A stretch of 49,045 nt of DNA from Klebsiella pneumoniae (lineage in GTDB: Bacteria > Myxococcota_A > UBA796 > SXON01). The stretch lies in contig CAMBIK010000002.1 in NCBI GenBank assembly GCA_945867435.1, forward strand, positions 1-49,045, in the 5' to 3' direction. Both the position numbers and the translations under genes were made by a program. This document shows positions 1-7,671 of this stretch, in pieces. Under the pieces are notes generated by a model that saw nothing but the letters and a program-made list of their open reading frames with translations, was not told the DNA's origin and did not search any database. Numbering within the stretch: the first letter of the stretch is position 1; each line of letters starts with the position of its first letter.

Positions 1-304
1 TCAGGATTGGACCGACACTTCCCGGCCTACCGACATGTCGGAGGGCAACCAGGATGACACCTGGATGAGCACCATGGACTACTCCATGGAACCTCTGTAC
101 TGGCCGCTTCCGGCCGCCGTAAACTCTGCCTTTATCGCGGATGATGTGCTCGGCCCCTCGTTGTACTCCCTCTCCTGGGATGTCGAGGACATGGACACCG
201 ATGGCACATGGACCCGCATCCGGGTCCGTTGCACCTACGACGATGCCACCTTCGACACCCGGCACGGCACGACGATCTCCTCCTTCCGCTTTCGGGACGC
301 CTGA
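1..304 (+). CDS. 3' end of a gene entering from upstream; probably a type IV pilus minor pilin (PilV-like) C-terminus
   Basis: Frame 2 is open from nt 2 to TGA 302-304 (track ORF 35-304 is only its ATG-bounded tail). The stop overlaps the ATG of the following prepilin-type gene (ATGA). The family call rests only on its position ahead of pilW/pilX/pilY1-like genes. Confidence 0.5.
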   Translation, partial: QDWTDTSRPTDMSEGNQDDTWMSTMDYSMEPLYWPLPAAVNSAFIADDVLGPSLYSLSWDVEDMDTDGTWTRIRVRCTYDDATFDTRHGTTISSFRFRDA

Positions 305-1380
305 TGCGCCGCCGCGGCTTCACCCTCACCGAGCTGATGATCGCGCTGGCGATCGGGACCTTCGTGGTGGGCGCGCTCTATTCCTTGTTCACCGTGCAGC
401 TCAAGCAGTTCGTCTACCAGGACCTGCAGATGGAGATGCATCAGAACATTCGGTTGGCGATGGATATTCTCACGCGGACCGGGCGGACCGCCGGCTTGGG
501 AACCACCGGCCGAGTCTCGGGCGCGCTCGGCTACAGCTCTGGCAGCGCCGCCGACGCCGCGACCCTGCCGGCGGTCATCTCGTACAACAACACGGGCCCG
601 AACTCGTCAGATGCGATCACGATCGTGTCCCAGGACCCGAACCTGATCATGTTCGCCGACCCTGATTCGCTACGTCAATGCAGCGATACCACCGTGGTGT
701 TCGATCTCGATCGTCCAGGGTATGCCGACAAGGTGGGCGAGCTGGTGCTGAACGAGTACCTGCTGTGCAGCGACCTTTCAAACCCGACGCAGAAGCGTTC
801 GTTGCTGTGGCCGATGGCCAGCGACGGGGATGCGTCCACGGGGCAGGTCACCGTGAACGACGGCACCACCAACTACAGCGACTTCCTGGATGCTTGTCCC
901 TTGGGCGAGAACATGCCGGTGGCGATGCAGTGTTCCCGCGGTGAAGTGGTCACCTTTTACATCGACGCGGATGACAGCGACGGTGTGGGCTCCGGCTCGT
1001 CGGAACACCCTGTGCTGATGATGGATCTCGACTTTGAATCCCCCGATGACGATGACGTGCCGGTGGTCGACAACGTGGAGGACATGCAGGTTCAATACTG
1101 CTTCTTCGGCGGCGATTGCAGCAGCACCACCAGCACCGGGTGGGGGGATACGGTCGATTCCTACTCCGACACCGACAACGGCAATGACCCGGATGACCTG
1201 TACATGATCCGGTTCACCCTGGTGATTCGGTCGGGTCGCGAAGACATGAACGACATGTTTCCGGGCGCGCCGTTGGCGGTGGCGGGCAACACGCCTTCCT
1301 CCACGGCGGATCACTACTATCGACAGGTTCTTTCCTCCGAGGTGACCGTGCGCAACATGCGGATGCTCTCATGGCTGTAG
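304..1380 (+). CDS. pilW: Type IV pilus minor pilin/assembly protein, PilW-like (prepilin N-terminal cleavage/methylation domain)
   Basis: ATG 304 gives MRRRGFTLTELMIALAIGTFVVGALYSLF, a G/FTLxE prepilin peptidase site with Glu+5 and a hydrophobic helix. The track start at 208 is rejected because that segment is Arg/His-rich and overlaps the upstream gene. Size (~358 aa) and gene order fit PilW. Confidence 0.8.
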   Translation: MRRRGFTLTELMIALAIGTFVVGALYSLFTVQLKQFVYQDLQMEMHQNIRLAMDILTRTGRTAGLGTTGRVSGALGYSSGSAADAATLPAVISYNNTGPNSSDAITIVSQDPNLIMFADPDSLRQCSDTTVVFDLDRPGYADKVGELVLNEYLLCSDLSNPTQKRSLLWPMASDGDASTGQVTVNDGTTNYSDFLDACPLGENMPVAMQCSRGEVVTFYIDADDSDGVGSGSSEHPVLMMDLDFESPDDDDVPVVDNVEDMQVQYCFFGGDCSSTTSTGWGDTVDSYSDTDNGNDPDDLYMIRFTLVIRSGREDMNDMFPGAPLAVAGNTPSSTADHYYRQVLSSEVTVRNMRMLSWL

Positions 1381-1895
1381 GCACCTCCCGTCGCGGCTAC
1401 GCGATGCTCGTCGCCCTGATCCTCATCGCCATCATCACGATCATCGGCGCCACATCGCTCAGCATCGCTGGCGTTGATCAACGTGTGGCGAACTATACGC
1501 GACGGCATTCGGCGGTCACCAGCGCGGCCGATGCGGGTGGCGAACATGCGAGGTTCCAGCTAATGTATTCCCTCCCGGTCGACGAAGGTTGGGACACCGG
1601 GTCTCCCGCCACCTTCGTGGAAGAAGTCGAAAGCGAGGACTGGTTCGAAGGCGAAACCACCGCGCTCCCGCTGGGCACCTACGATGTCACAGCTGTGTTC
1701 GCGAAGTGTGGTTCGCCCCCCAAGGGCTACAGCACGGAGGAAGGCAATCAGGGATTCCGGTCGGACTACTGGGAGATGGATTCGCACTCGTGGTTCGAAT
1801 CGACCGCCTCGGCGGATGCGCAGGTCAACCCTTCAGAAGCCCGAGTCGCGACCATGCTCCGCAAGGTCATGCGCGGCTCGTGCAAGGTCCGGTGA
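1371..1895 (+). CDS. pilX: Type IV pilus minor pilin, PilX-like
   Basis: ATG 1371 overlaps the pilW end by 10 nt. The N-terminus RRGYAMLVALILIAIITIIGATSLS is a PilX_N-type hydrophobic segment. The protein is 174 aa and sits between pilW-like and pilY1-like genes. Confidence 0.7.
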   Translation: MAVGTSRRGYAMLVALILIAIITIIGATSLSIAGVDQRVANYTRRHSAVTSAADAGGEHARFQLMYSLPVDEGWDTGSPATFVEEVESEDWFEGETTALPLGTYDVTAVFAKCGSPPKGYSTEEGNQGFRSDYWEMDSHSWFESTASADAQVNPSEARVATMLRKVMRGSCKVR

Positions 1896-1899
1896 ACCC

Positions 1900-4800
1900 A
1901 TGAACACGTCCTTCCTTTCCACGGCCGCGCTGCTGCTGCTTGCGTTCCCCGGCGCGGCGCAGGCCGGCGCGGGCGGCTCGGCCACCGTGTCCGAGGCGCT
2001 CTCCACCAAGCAGGCCGTTCCGCCTGCCATCCTGTTTGTGATCGATCGGTCCGTCGATATGGATTCGCCCTGCTTTTCGGGCAGCACCACGACCTGCTTG
2101 GAAGATGCGGTCGATCTCGTGCGGCAGATGTCTCGGCATTACGACGAAGTGAAGTTTGGCGTGGTGGGAACGGCAGACGATGCCTCCACCCGCGACTACT
2201 ACCCCATCGCCCCGGTGGGCAGCACCTACTCGCAAATCTCGGCCGCTCTCACGACTTTGACCGCTTCCACGGGCTCTACCCGGAACCTAAGCGAGACCCT
2301 CGATAACGTCAGCAGCAGCTACCTCAAGTTGACTGCCGCCGAGGACTGGGTGGATGACGACGCCGATGGCTTCGACGGCGATTGGGATGAATCCCCCTAT
2401 TCCTACTACTGTTCTTCGGTCTACATCGTGGTGCTGACCTCGGGCCGGCCCACCGACGATGACGAAGCAGATTCGTCCGCGGCGTCAGCGGCCCCACTTA
2501 GCGACATCCTGTGCGACGCCTCCGGGTACGTCGGCACCGTGGTCCTCGACACCTACTGTCGGTACGACAACGTCGTGACCCACATGTACAACACCGACCA
2601 CAGCTCGCTCACAGACACCCAGCGAGCTCCGGTCTCCACCATCGCGCTCGGCATGGACCCCTCCAGCAGCACCGACGACTCCATCGCCGACGCGGTTTTC
2701 GCAAGCGCCTCTGACAACACGGACAGCGAGGGCCTCTACACCAACGCGACCACGAAAGACGAGGCGGTGAGCGCGATGCTCACGGTGCTCGCCGATTTGA
2801 TGTCAGGCGTGTATGCTCGGTCGAACCCGGTCATTGCCCAGAACGGCGAATACCTCCTCTACACCTACTACGAGCTGACCGGGGACAATCCCCTCGCCGA
2901 GGGTCACGTCCTCGCCTACGAGATCGACAGCGATCCGACCAGCTCCACCTACGGCGAAATCATCTACTATGCCGGTGATCCGTACGACGACTACCTCGGC
3001 GCGGTCTGGGATGGCGGCTGGCTGTTGTACTCCCGCATTGCCGATGCCGCCGAGCTCAACAACGACGACATGGACGGCTTCAACCAGCGCGACATCTACT
3101 TCTACGACAGCACATTTGCGTCCTACATGACCGGCGATGCGGCCCAACGGCGTCTCAGCTTCGACCAGGAGATGGTGGACCAAGTGGGCACCAACGTGCC
3201 GGTGAGCCTCATCCTCGACGATGCGGTGGATGGCGCGGGTGCCCTTTCATCCCCTGAGTACGACCTGAACCGCGATGACGCCGTGAACGCCGACGACGTG
3301 CAGACCCTGGTCGACTTCACTCGCGGCGTGTCGTCCACGCAGTTCCGCTACCTCGACCTCGAGCGCGGTCGGTGGAAGCTGCAGGATTCTCCGTACAGCG
3401 CGCCTACCGTCGTGACCAGGCGCAGCGAAACCTATTCGAACAGCACCTCCTACCGGACCTTCCTCGACCTGCTCGAAGTCGAGGAGATGCCCGATCTGGT
3501 GCTCATCGCGGCGAACGATGGCCTGCTTCACGCATTCGCCCTCACCGACGACGAAAATACCCCGACAGACGACGAGTCCGGCGAGGAGCTGTGGGCCTGG
3601 GTGCCCGACACGCTCATCCTGCGTGAGCGTGGGAACGCTTGGTCCAACGGCCTGATCGACTCGATGTTGTACGGTCGCACCTACTTGTTCGACGGAACCC
3701 CCGTTGTGGAGGATGTGTGGATCGATGCCGACGAAGACGGCGTGAAGGATTGCGGGGTTGATCTTGATGTCTGCGAGTGGCGCCGCGTGCTGGTGGTGCA
3801 GCAGAGCTTCGGCGGTTCGCGCACCCTGGCGTTGGATATTACCTATACCGATGCTCCACAGTTCTTGTGGGAACAGACCAACACCAGCGACTACTCGGCC
3901 ATGGGCTACACCACGAGCCGTCCCAGCATCTTCAACGTGTACGACTACACGAATTCCACGAGCCCCACCGACCGGTGGGTGGCGTTCTGGGGCGGTGGTC
4001 GCGCCGCGAACTACGACTCAGGGACCACGAACTACTACGATTCGGTCGAAGCGAACCTCTACATGTGGGCGATGCAGGACTCGGCATTCTCGTCGAGCGC
4101 GACCCAGTTCTCGGTGACGGGAGACAACATCGGGTCCGAACACCCGGACTACGCTTCGGCCAGTGCCAGTCTCGACCTCGATTCGGATGGCCGGCTTGAG
4201 TACACCTACATCTCCGCGCCGCCCGCCGTGGTCGACGTAGACTCCGACGGCGATGCCGACGTGGCGTATTTCCCGGTCACGCTCGCCTACGACCCCGACT
4301 ACGGTCCGGGCTCCACGAGCGGGACTCCCGGTCAGTCGTACATTTACAAGGCGTTGATCGATCAGACCGACCCTGACGACCTTGAATGGTGTGAATTCTA
4401 CGACCCGGTCGTGGGCGCGGAACCGACCAGCACGACCGACACCGGCACCGTGAGCACGGGGTCTGCGGTGGCCTACGGCAGTCGTCCGGAAATCTACTAC
4501 TCGATTACCACCTCCTGGATGACTAACGGGCACCTTGGCGTGTACTGGGGAAGCGGCTCGCCTTTCGAGTCCAACACCGACAGCACACGCGGGGTTTTCT
4601 TCTTCATGAAGGACACCGACCCTTCCACCTGCACCACGGCAAAGGCGCTCACCTGTGGCACGGAAGAAGGTGGCTTCTACCAACTTGAATCGGGAGAGAG
4701 GCTGACCAGCGATCCCCTCGTGTACGGGGGCAACGTGTACTTTGCGACCTACACGCCGAACGCGGACGTGTGTACGCAGGGGGAGGGCCGAATCTACGGC

Positions 4801-5022
4801 TTGAACTATGAGGATTGCGGCCCAGGGCTGGATACGACCGGCGATGGCGCGGCCACCACAGCGGACGACGACTACATCGCCGCCACCGGGTTTGTGTCGA
4901 ACGTGGCCGTAGGCAGCAACGGCAAGCTCTACTACGCCGCCGGAACCGACCTCGTCGTCATCGATTCCGTGACCGACGCCTTTGCAGGAACGGCCATGGT
5001 CGGCTGGATGGAGATGTACTGA
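1900..5022 (+). CDS. pilY1: PilY1-like type IV pilus tip-associated adhesin/assembly protein (vWA-like N-terminal region, C-terminal PilY1 propeller-type region)
   Basis: ATG 1900, 4 nt after the pilX stop, gives the signal peptide MNTSFLSTAALLLLAFPGAAQA. Motifs: ILFVIDRSVDMDS (vWA/MIDAS-like), LIAANDGLLHAF (PilY1-type), and DVDSDGDAD (4234-4260, DxDxDGxxD Ca-site type). The track start at 1684 is rejected because that segment is Arg-rich and overlaps pilX. Confidence 0.85.
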   Translation: MNTSFLSTAALLLLAFPGAAQAGAGGSATVSEALSTKQAVPPAILFVIDRSVDMDSPCFSGSTTTCLEDAVDLVRQMSRHYDEVKFGVVGTADDASTRDYYPIAPVGSTYSQISAALTTLTASTGSTRNLSETLDNVSSSYLKLTAAEDWVDDDADGFDGDWDESPYSYYCSSVYIVVLTSGRPTDDDEADSSAASAAPLSDILCDASGYVGTVVLDTYCRYDNVVTHMYNTDHSSLTDTQRAPVSTIALGMDPSSSTDDSIADAVFASASDNTDSEGLYTNATTKDEAVSAMLTVLADLMSGVYARSNPVIAQNGEYLLYTYYELTGDNPLAEGHVLAYEIDSDPTSSTYGEIIYYAGDPYDDYLGAVWDGGWLLYSRIADAAELNNDDMDGFNQRDIYFYDSTFASYMTGDAAQRRLSFDQEMVDQVGTNVPVSLILDDAVDGAGALSSPEYDLNRDDAVNADDVQTLVDFTRGVSSTQFRYLDLERGRWKLQDSPYSAPTVVTRRSETYSNSTSYRTFLDLLEVEEMPDLVLIAANDGLLHAFALTDDENTPTDDESGEELWAWVPDTLILRERGNAWSNGLIDSMLYGRTYLFDGTPVVEDVWIDADEDGVKDCGVDLDVCEWRRVLVVQQSFGGSRTLALDITYTDAPQFLWEQTNTSDYSAMGYTTSRPSIFNVYDYTNSTSPTDRWVAFWGGGRAANYDSGTTNYYDSVEANLYMWAMQDSAFSSSATQFSVTGDNIGSEHPDYASASASLDLDSDGRLEYTYISAPPAVVDVDSDGDADVAYFPVTLAYDPDYGPGSTSGTPGQSYIYKALIDQTDPDDLEWCEFYDPVVGAEPTSTTDTGTVSTGSAVAYGSRPEIYYSITTSWMTNGHLGVYWGSGSPFESNTDSTRGVFFFMKDTDPSTCTTAKALTCGTEEGGFYQLESGERLTSDPLVYGGNVYFATYTPNADVCTQGEGRIYGLNYEDCGPGLDTTGDGAATTADDDYIAATGFVSNVAVGSNGKLYYAAGTDLVVIDSVTDAFAGTAMVGWMEMY

Positions 5023-5032
5023 ACCGACGTGT

Positions 5033-5052
5033 TCGGCGGTGACCCCCGCCGA
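5033..5052. terminator. GC-rich hairpin between convergent pilY1 and PP2C genes (possible bidirectional terminator)
   Basis: TCGGCGG (5033-5039) pairs with CCGCCGA (5046-5052) around the 6-nt loop TGACCC. There is no U-tract, so terminator function is inference only. Confidence 0.2.
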
Positions 5053-5055
5053 CCG

Positions 5056-5841
5056 TCAGCTCACCTCATCGACCCGAGCGATGACGGTGGTGATGTTGTC
5101 GTCCCCGCCACGGTCGCACGCGAGCTTTACCAGGTGCCGGCACGCTTCCTGCGGGGACATCGAGCGGACCGATTCACCCAGGTCTGCAGGTTCCACGAGG
5201 TTGGAGAGCCCATCGCTGCACAGGACGAACTTGTCACCGCGGCGGATCGCTCGCACCTGAATGTCGACATCTACGTCTTCAAGGTAGCCTAAGGAGCGCG
5301 TGATTACGTTCTTCAGCTTGTGGGTCTTGGCCTGATCGGGCGTGAGCAACCCGGCCCGGATGCGTTCGTTCACCAGCGAGTGGTCCTCGGTGAGCTGTTC
5401 GATCCGCCCGTCGCGAACGAGGTAGCCCCGGCTATCGCCCACATGGGCGACATAGGCGTTGTTGCGGTCGAAGAGCAGCACGAGACAAGTGGTGCCCATG
5501 CCTTGGTACTCGGGCTCGGCAGCGGCCTTTTCGAAGATCCGCTTGCCCGCGAGTCGCACGGCATACCGAAGCCGTTCGCGCGCGAACTCCACATCACCCT
5601 CGGCGCGGGCGGCTTCGACCTCCGGCGTCGTGACCGGCCCCGAAAGGACTTCTTCTACGGTATTCACCGCGATGGCACTGGCGAATTCGCCGCCGGCGTG
5701 TCCGCCCATACCATCGCAGACGACGAACAACGACAGCTCGTCATTGATGAGGTAGTTATCCTCGTTGTTCGTTCGCTTTACGCCAACATCCGTGATTCCG
5801 CAGGAGGTGATGCGCATGGGGTGGTGGTGCCAGTAGCGCAC
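5056..5841 (-). CDS. PPM/PP2C-family Ser/Thr protein phosphatase
   Basis: Motifs GITDVGVKRTNNEDN, VVCDGMGGHAGGE, VLCSDGLSN and GGDDNITTV. The GTG at 5841 is preceded by AAGGGGG; an alternative ATG at 5817 gives MRITSCGITD. Confidence 0.9.
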   Translation of the reverse strand: MRYWHHHPMRITSCGITDVGVKRTNNEDNYLINDELSLFVVCDGMGGHAGGEFASAIAVNTVEEVLSGPVTTPEVEAARAEGDVEFARERLRYAVRLAGKRIFEKAAAEPEYQGMGTTCLVLLFDRNNAYVAHVGDSRGYLVRDGRIEQLTEDHSLVNERIRAGLLTPDQAKTHKLKNVITRSLGYLEDVDVDIQVRAIRRGDKFVLCSDGLSNLVEPADLGESVRSMSPQEACRHLVKLACDRGGDDNITTVIARVDEVS

Positions 5842-5874
5842 TGGCCCCCTTTTCGCAAAACTCAGCAGGTGACT

Positions 5875-6681
5875 TTATGCGCCCTCGAATCCCGGGGCGG
5901 CCGCAGCGATGCGTCGCCAACCGGCGAGGTTGACTTGCTCGGCCCGGGCACCGGGGTCGATGCCGGCTGCCACACACAGGGCCATGGCCCCTTCGCGACC
6001 GAGACTGGAGCCGAAGGCGTTGGTCAGGGTCTTTCGCCGGGCCGAGAAGCCGAGGCGAACGATGCGGTCGAAGCCTTCGCCAGTCGGGCCGCCAAAGTCT
6101 GGGCTCGAATGCGGCGTGAACCCCACGACCGCGCTGTGGACCTTGGGTGCCGGATGGAAGGCGCCTGGCGGCAGGGAGACCAATCGTTCCACCGCAGCTC
6201 GCGCCTGAATTTGCACGGACAGCGAGCCGTAAACCTTCGATCCGCTATCGGATTCGATGCGGTCGGCGACCTCGCGCTGAAACATCAACGCCATCGGCAC
6301 CCGCAGGCCCAGCAGGCGCAGGCAGAGCGGCGTGGCGATGTTGTAGGGGAGGTTGGCCACCACGCGGTCTACGGTGGGAAGAGCGATCCGGAGGGCATCC
6401 CCCTGGATGAGCTCCACGTCGGGCACGACCTCGGGCAGGGCCGCGGCGAGGTCGCGGTCCAGCTCGATCGCGACGATGGTGGCACCCGCGCGAGCGAGCG
6501 AAGCCGTGAGGACACCCAGGCCCGGCCCGATCTCCAGGACCCGTTCTCCGGGGCGCACGCCGGCCCGCAGTACAATCGTATCAGCCAGCGCGTCTGAAAC
6601 GAGGAAGTTTTGCCCGAAGCGACGGCGCGCGCGGCCCTCGAGGTCTCGAAGTCGCTGCGCGGGGTGCAGGGTGAACGTCAT
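5875..6681 (-). CDS. rsmA: 16S rRNA (adenine1518/1519-N6)-dimethyltransferase RsmA/KsgA
   Basis: ATG 6681 gives MTFTLHP. Motifs: RFGQNFL, VLEIGPGLGVLT (SAM site), NLPYNI. The ATG overlaps the tsaD stop (ATGA, 6678-6681). The track start at 6792 is rejected because that segment is Arg/Gly/Pro-rich. Confidence 0.92.
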   Translation of the reverse strand: MTFTLHPAQRLRDLEGRARRRFGQNFLVSDALADTIVLRAGVRPGERVLEIGPGLGVLTASLARAGATIVAIELDRDLAAALPEVVPDVELIQGDALRIALPTVDRVVANLPYNIATPLCLRLLGLRVPMALMFQREVADRIESDSGSKVYGSLSVQIQARAAVERLVSLPPGAFHPAPKVHSAVVGFTPHSSPDFGGPTGEGFDRIVRLGFSARRKTLTNAFGSSLGREGAMALCVAAGIDPGARAEQVNLAGWRRIAAAAPGFEGA

Positions 6682-7664
6682 GCGCCGACCTCCCATCGGG
6701 CGCGGGCCGAGCGGTCGAGCGGCCACGGTGCCTCGCCTTGGGCCCACCGGGCCGCGGCCACATGGCCGATCATTGCGGCGTTGTCGGTGCAACGAGATTT
6801 CGGCGGCAAGAAAACCTCCAAGCCTGTATCGACCAGGGCCCGGCGAATGTGTTCGTTGGCTGCGGCGCCGCCCCCGATGGCGAGCCGCCTCAGACCCGTT
6901 TGGGCGACCCCCTGCTTCACCCGGTCCACCAGGTAGCGCGCGACCGTGTCTTGAAAGGAGGCCGCGACATCCGCCGGGGAGGTCTCCGGGTGGCGGTCAA
7001 TCCATGTGCGGACGGCGGTTTTCAGGCCGGAGAAGCTCAGGTCCATCGGCCGAGCAGCGGGGCGGGGAAGCGGAAACGCCACCGCGCGCGGGTTGCCTGA
7101 CTTCGCCAGAGCTTCGATGGCCGGACCGCCGGGGTAGCCCAGACCGAGCATCCTTGCGACCTTGTCGAAAGCCTCGCCCACGGCGTCGTCTGTGGTTGCG
7201 CACACCGCCCGGTAGTCTGCCATCTTCCTGGCTTCATAGAGTGTCGTATGACCGCCGGAGATCACCAGGGAGAGGAAGGGAAAGACCGGGGAGGGGTCGT
7301 CGAGCTGGGCGCTCAGCAGGTGGCCTTCCAGGTGGTTCACGCCAAAATACGGCACCCCCCAGCCGACGGCCGCCGCCTTGCCGAACGAGAGCCCCACCAG
7401 CACCGCGCCGATGAGCCCCGGACCGGCGGTGGCCGCCACGAGATCAGGTCGGTCCAACCCGGCCTCCATGAGCGCGGCGCGCACGGTCGGCACCATCTGT
7501 TCGGCGTGCGCACGCGACGCGATCTCGGGCACGACCCCGCCGTAGCGTGCGTGCATCGCCTGGGAGTGCACGACGTCTGCGAGGATGCGGGTGCGGCCCT
7601 GCTCATGCCTCACCACGGCCACGGCGGTCTCGTCACAGCTGGTTTCAATGGCAAGAACGTTCAC
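6678..7664 (-). CDS. tsaD: tRNA N6-adenosine threonylcarbamoyltransferase TsaD (Kae1/Gcp)
   Basis: GTG 7664 gives (M)NVLAIETSCDETAVAVV. Motifs: YGGVVPEIASRAH, NHLEGHLL. The upstream part of the track ORF (to 7958) overlaps the haem gene and is Arg-rich. Confidence 0.92.
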   Translation of the reverse strand: MNVLAIETSCDETAVAVVRHEQGRTRILADVVHSQAMHARYGGVVPEIASRAHAEQMVPTVRAALMEAGLDRPDLVAATAGPGLIGAVLVGLSFGKAAAVGWGVPYFGVNHLEGHLLSAQLDDPSPVFPFLSLVISGGHTTLYEARKMADYRAVCATTDDAVGEAFDKVARMLGLGYPGGPAIEALAKSGNPRAVAFPLPRPAARPMDLSFSGLKTAVRTWIDRHPETSPADVAASFQDTVARYLVDRVKQGVAQTGLRRLAIGGGAAANEHIRRALVDTGLEVFLPPKSRCTDNAAMIGHVAAARWAQGEAPWPLDRSARARWEVGA

Positions 7665-7671
7665 GGTGCGA

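Noticed and set aside
1684-1899. Upstream extension of the pilY1 ORF
   Set aside because: It is Arg-rich and overlaps pilX. The internal ATG 1900 yields a canonical signal peptide.
5320-6597. 425-aa plus-strand ORF
   Set aside because: It is antisense to the PP2C and rsmA genes, has no recognisable motifs, and has shadow-frame composition.
6353-7414. 353-aa plus-strand Arg/Pro/Ser-rich ORF
   Set aside because: It is antisense to rsmA and tsaD, and such extreme Arg/Pro content is a frame artefact.
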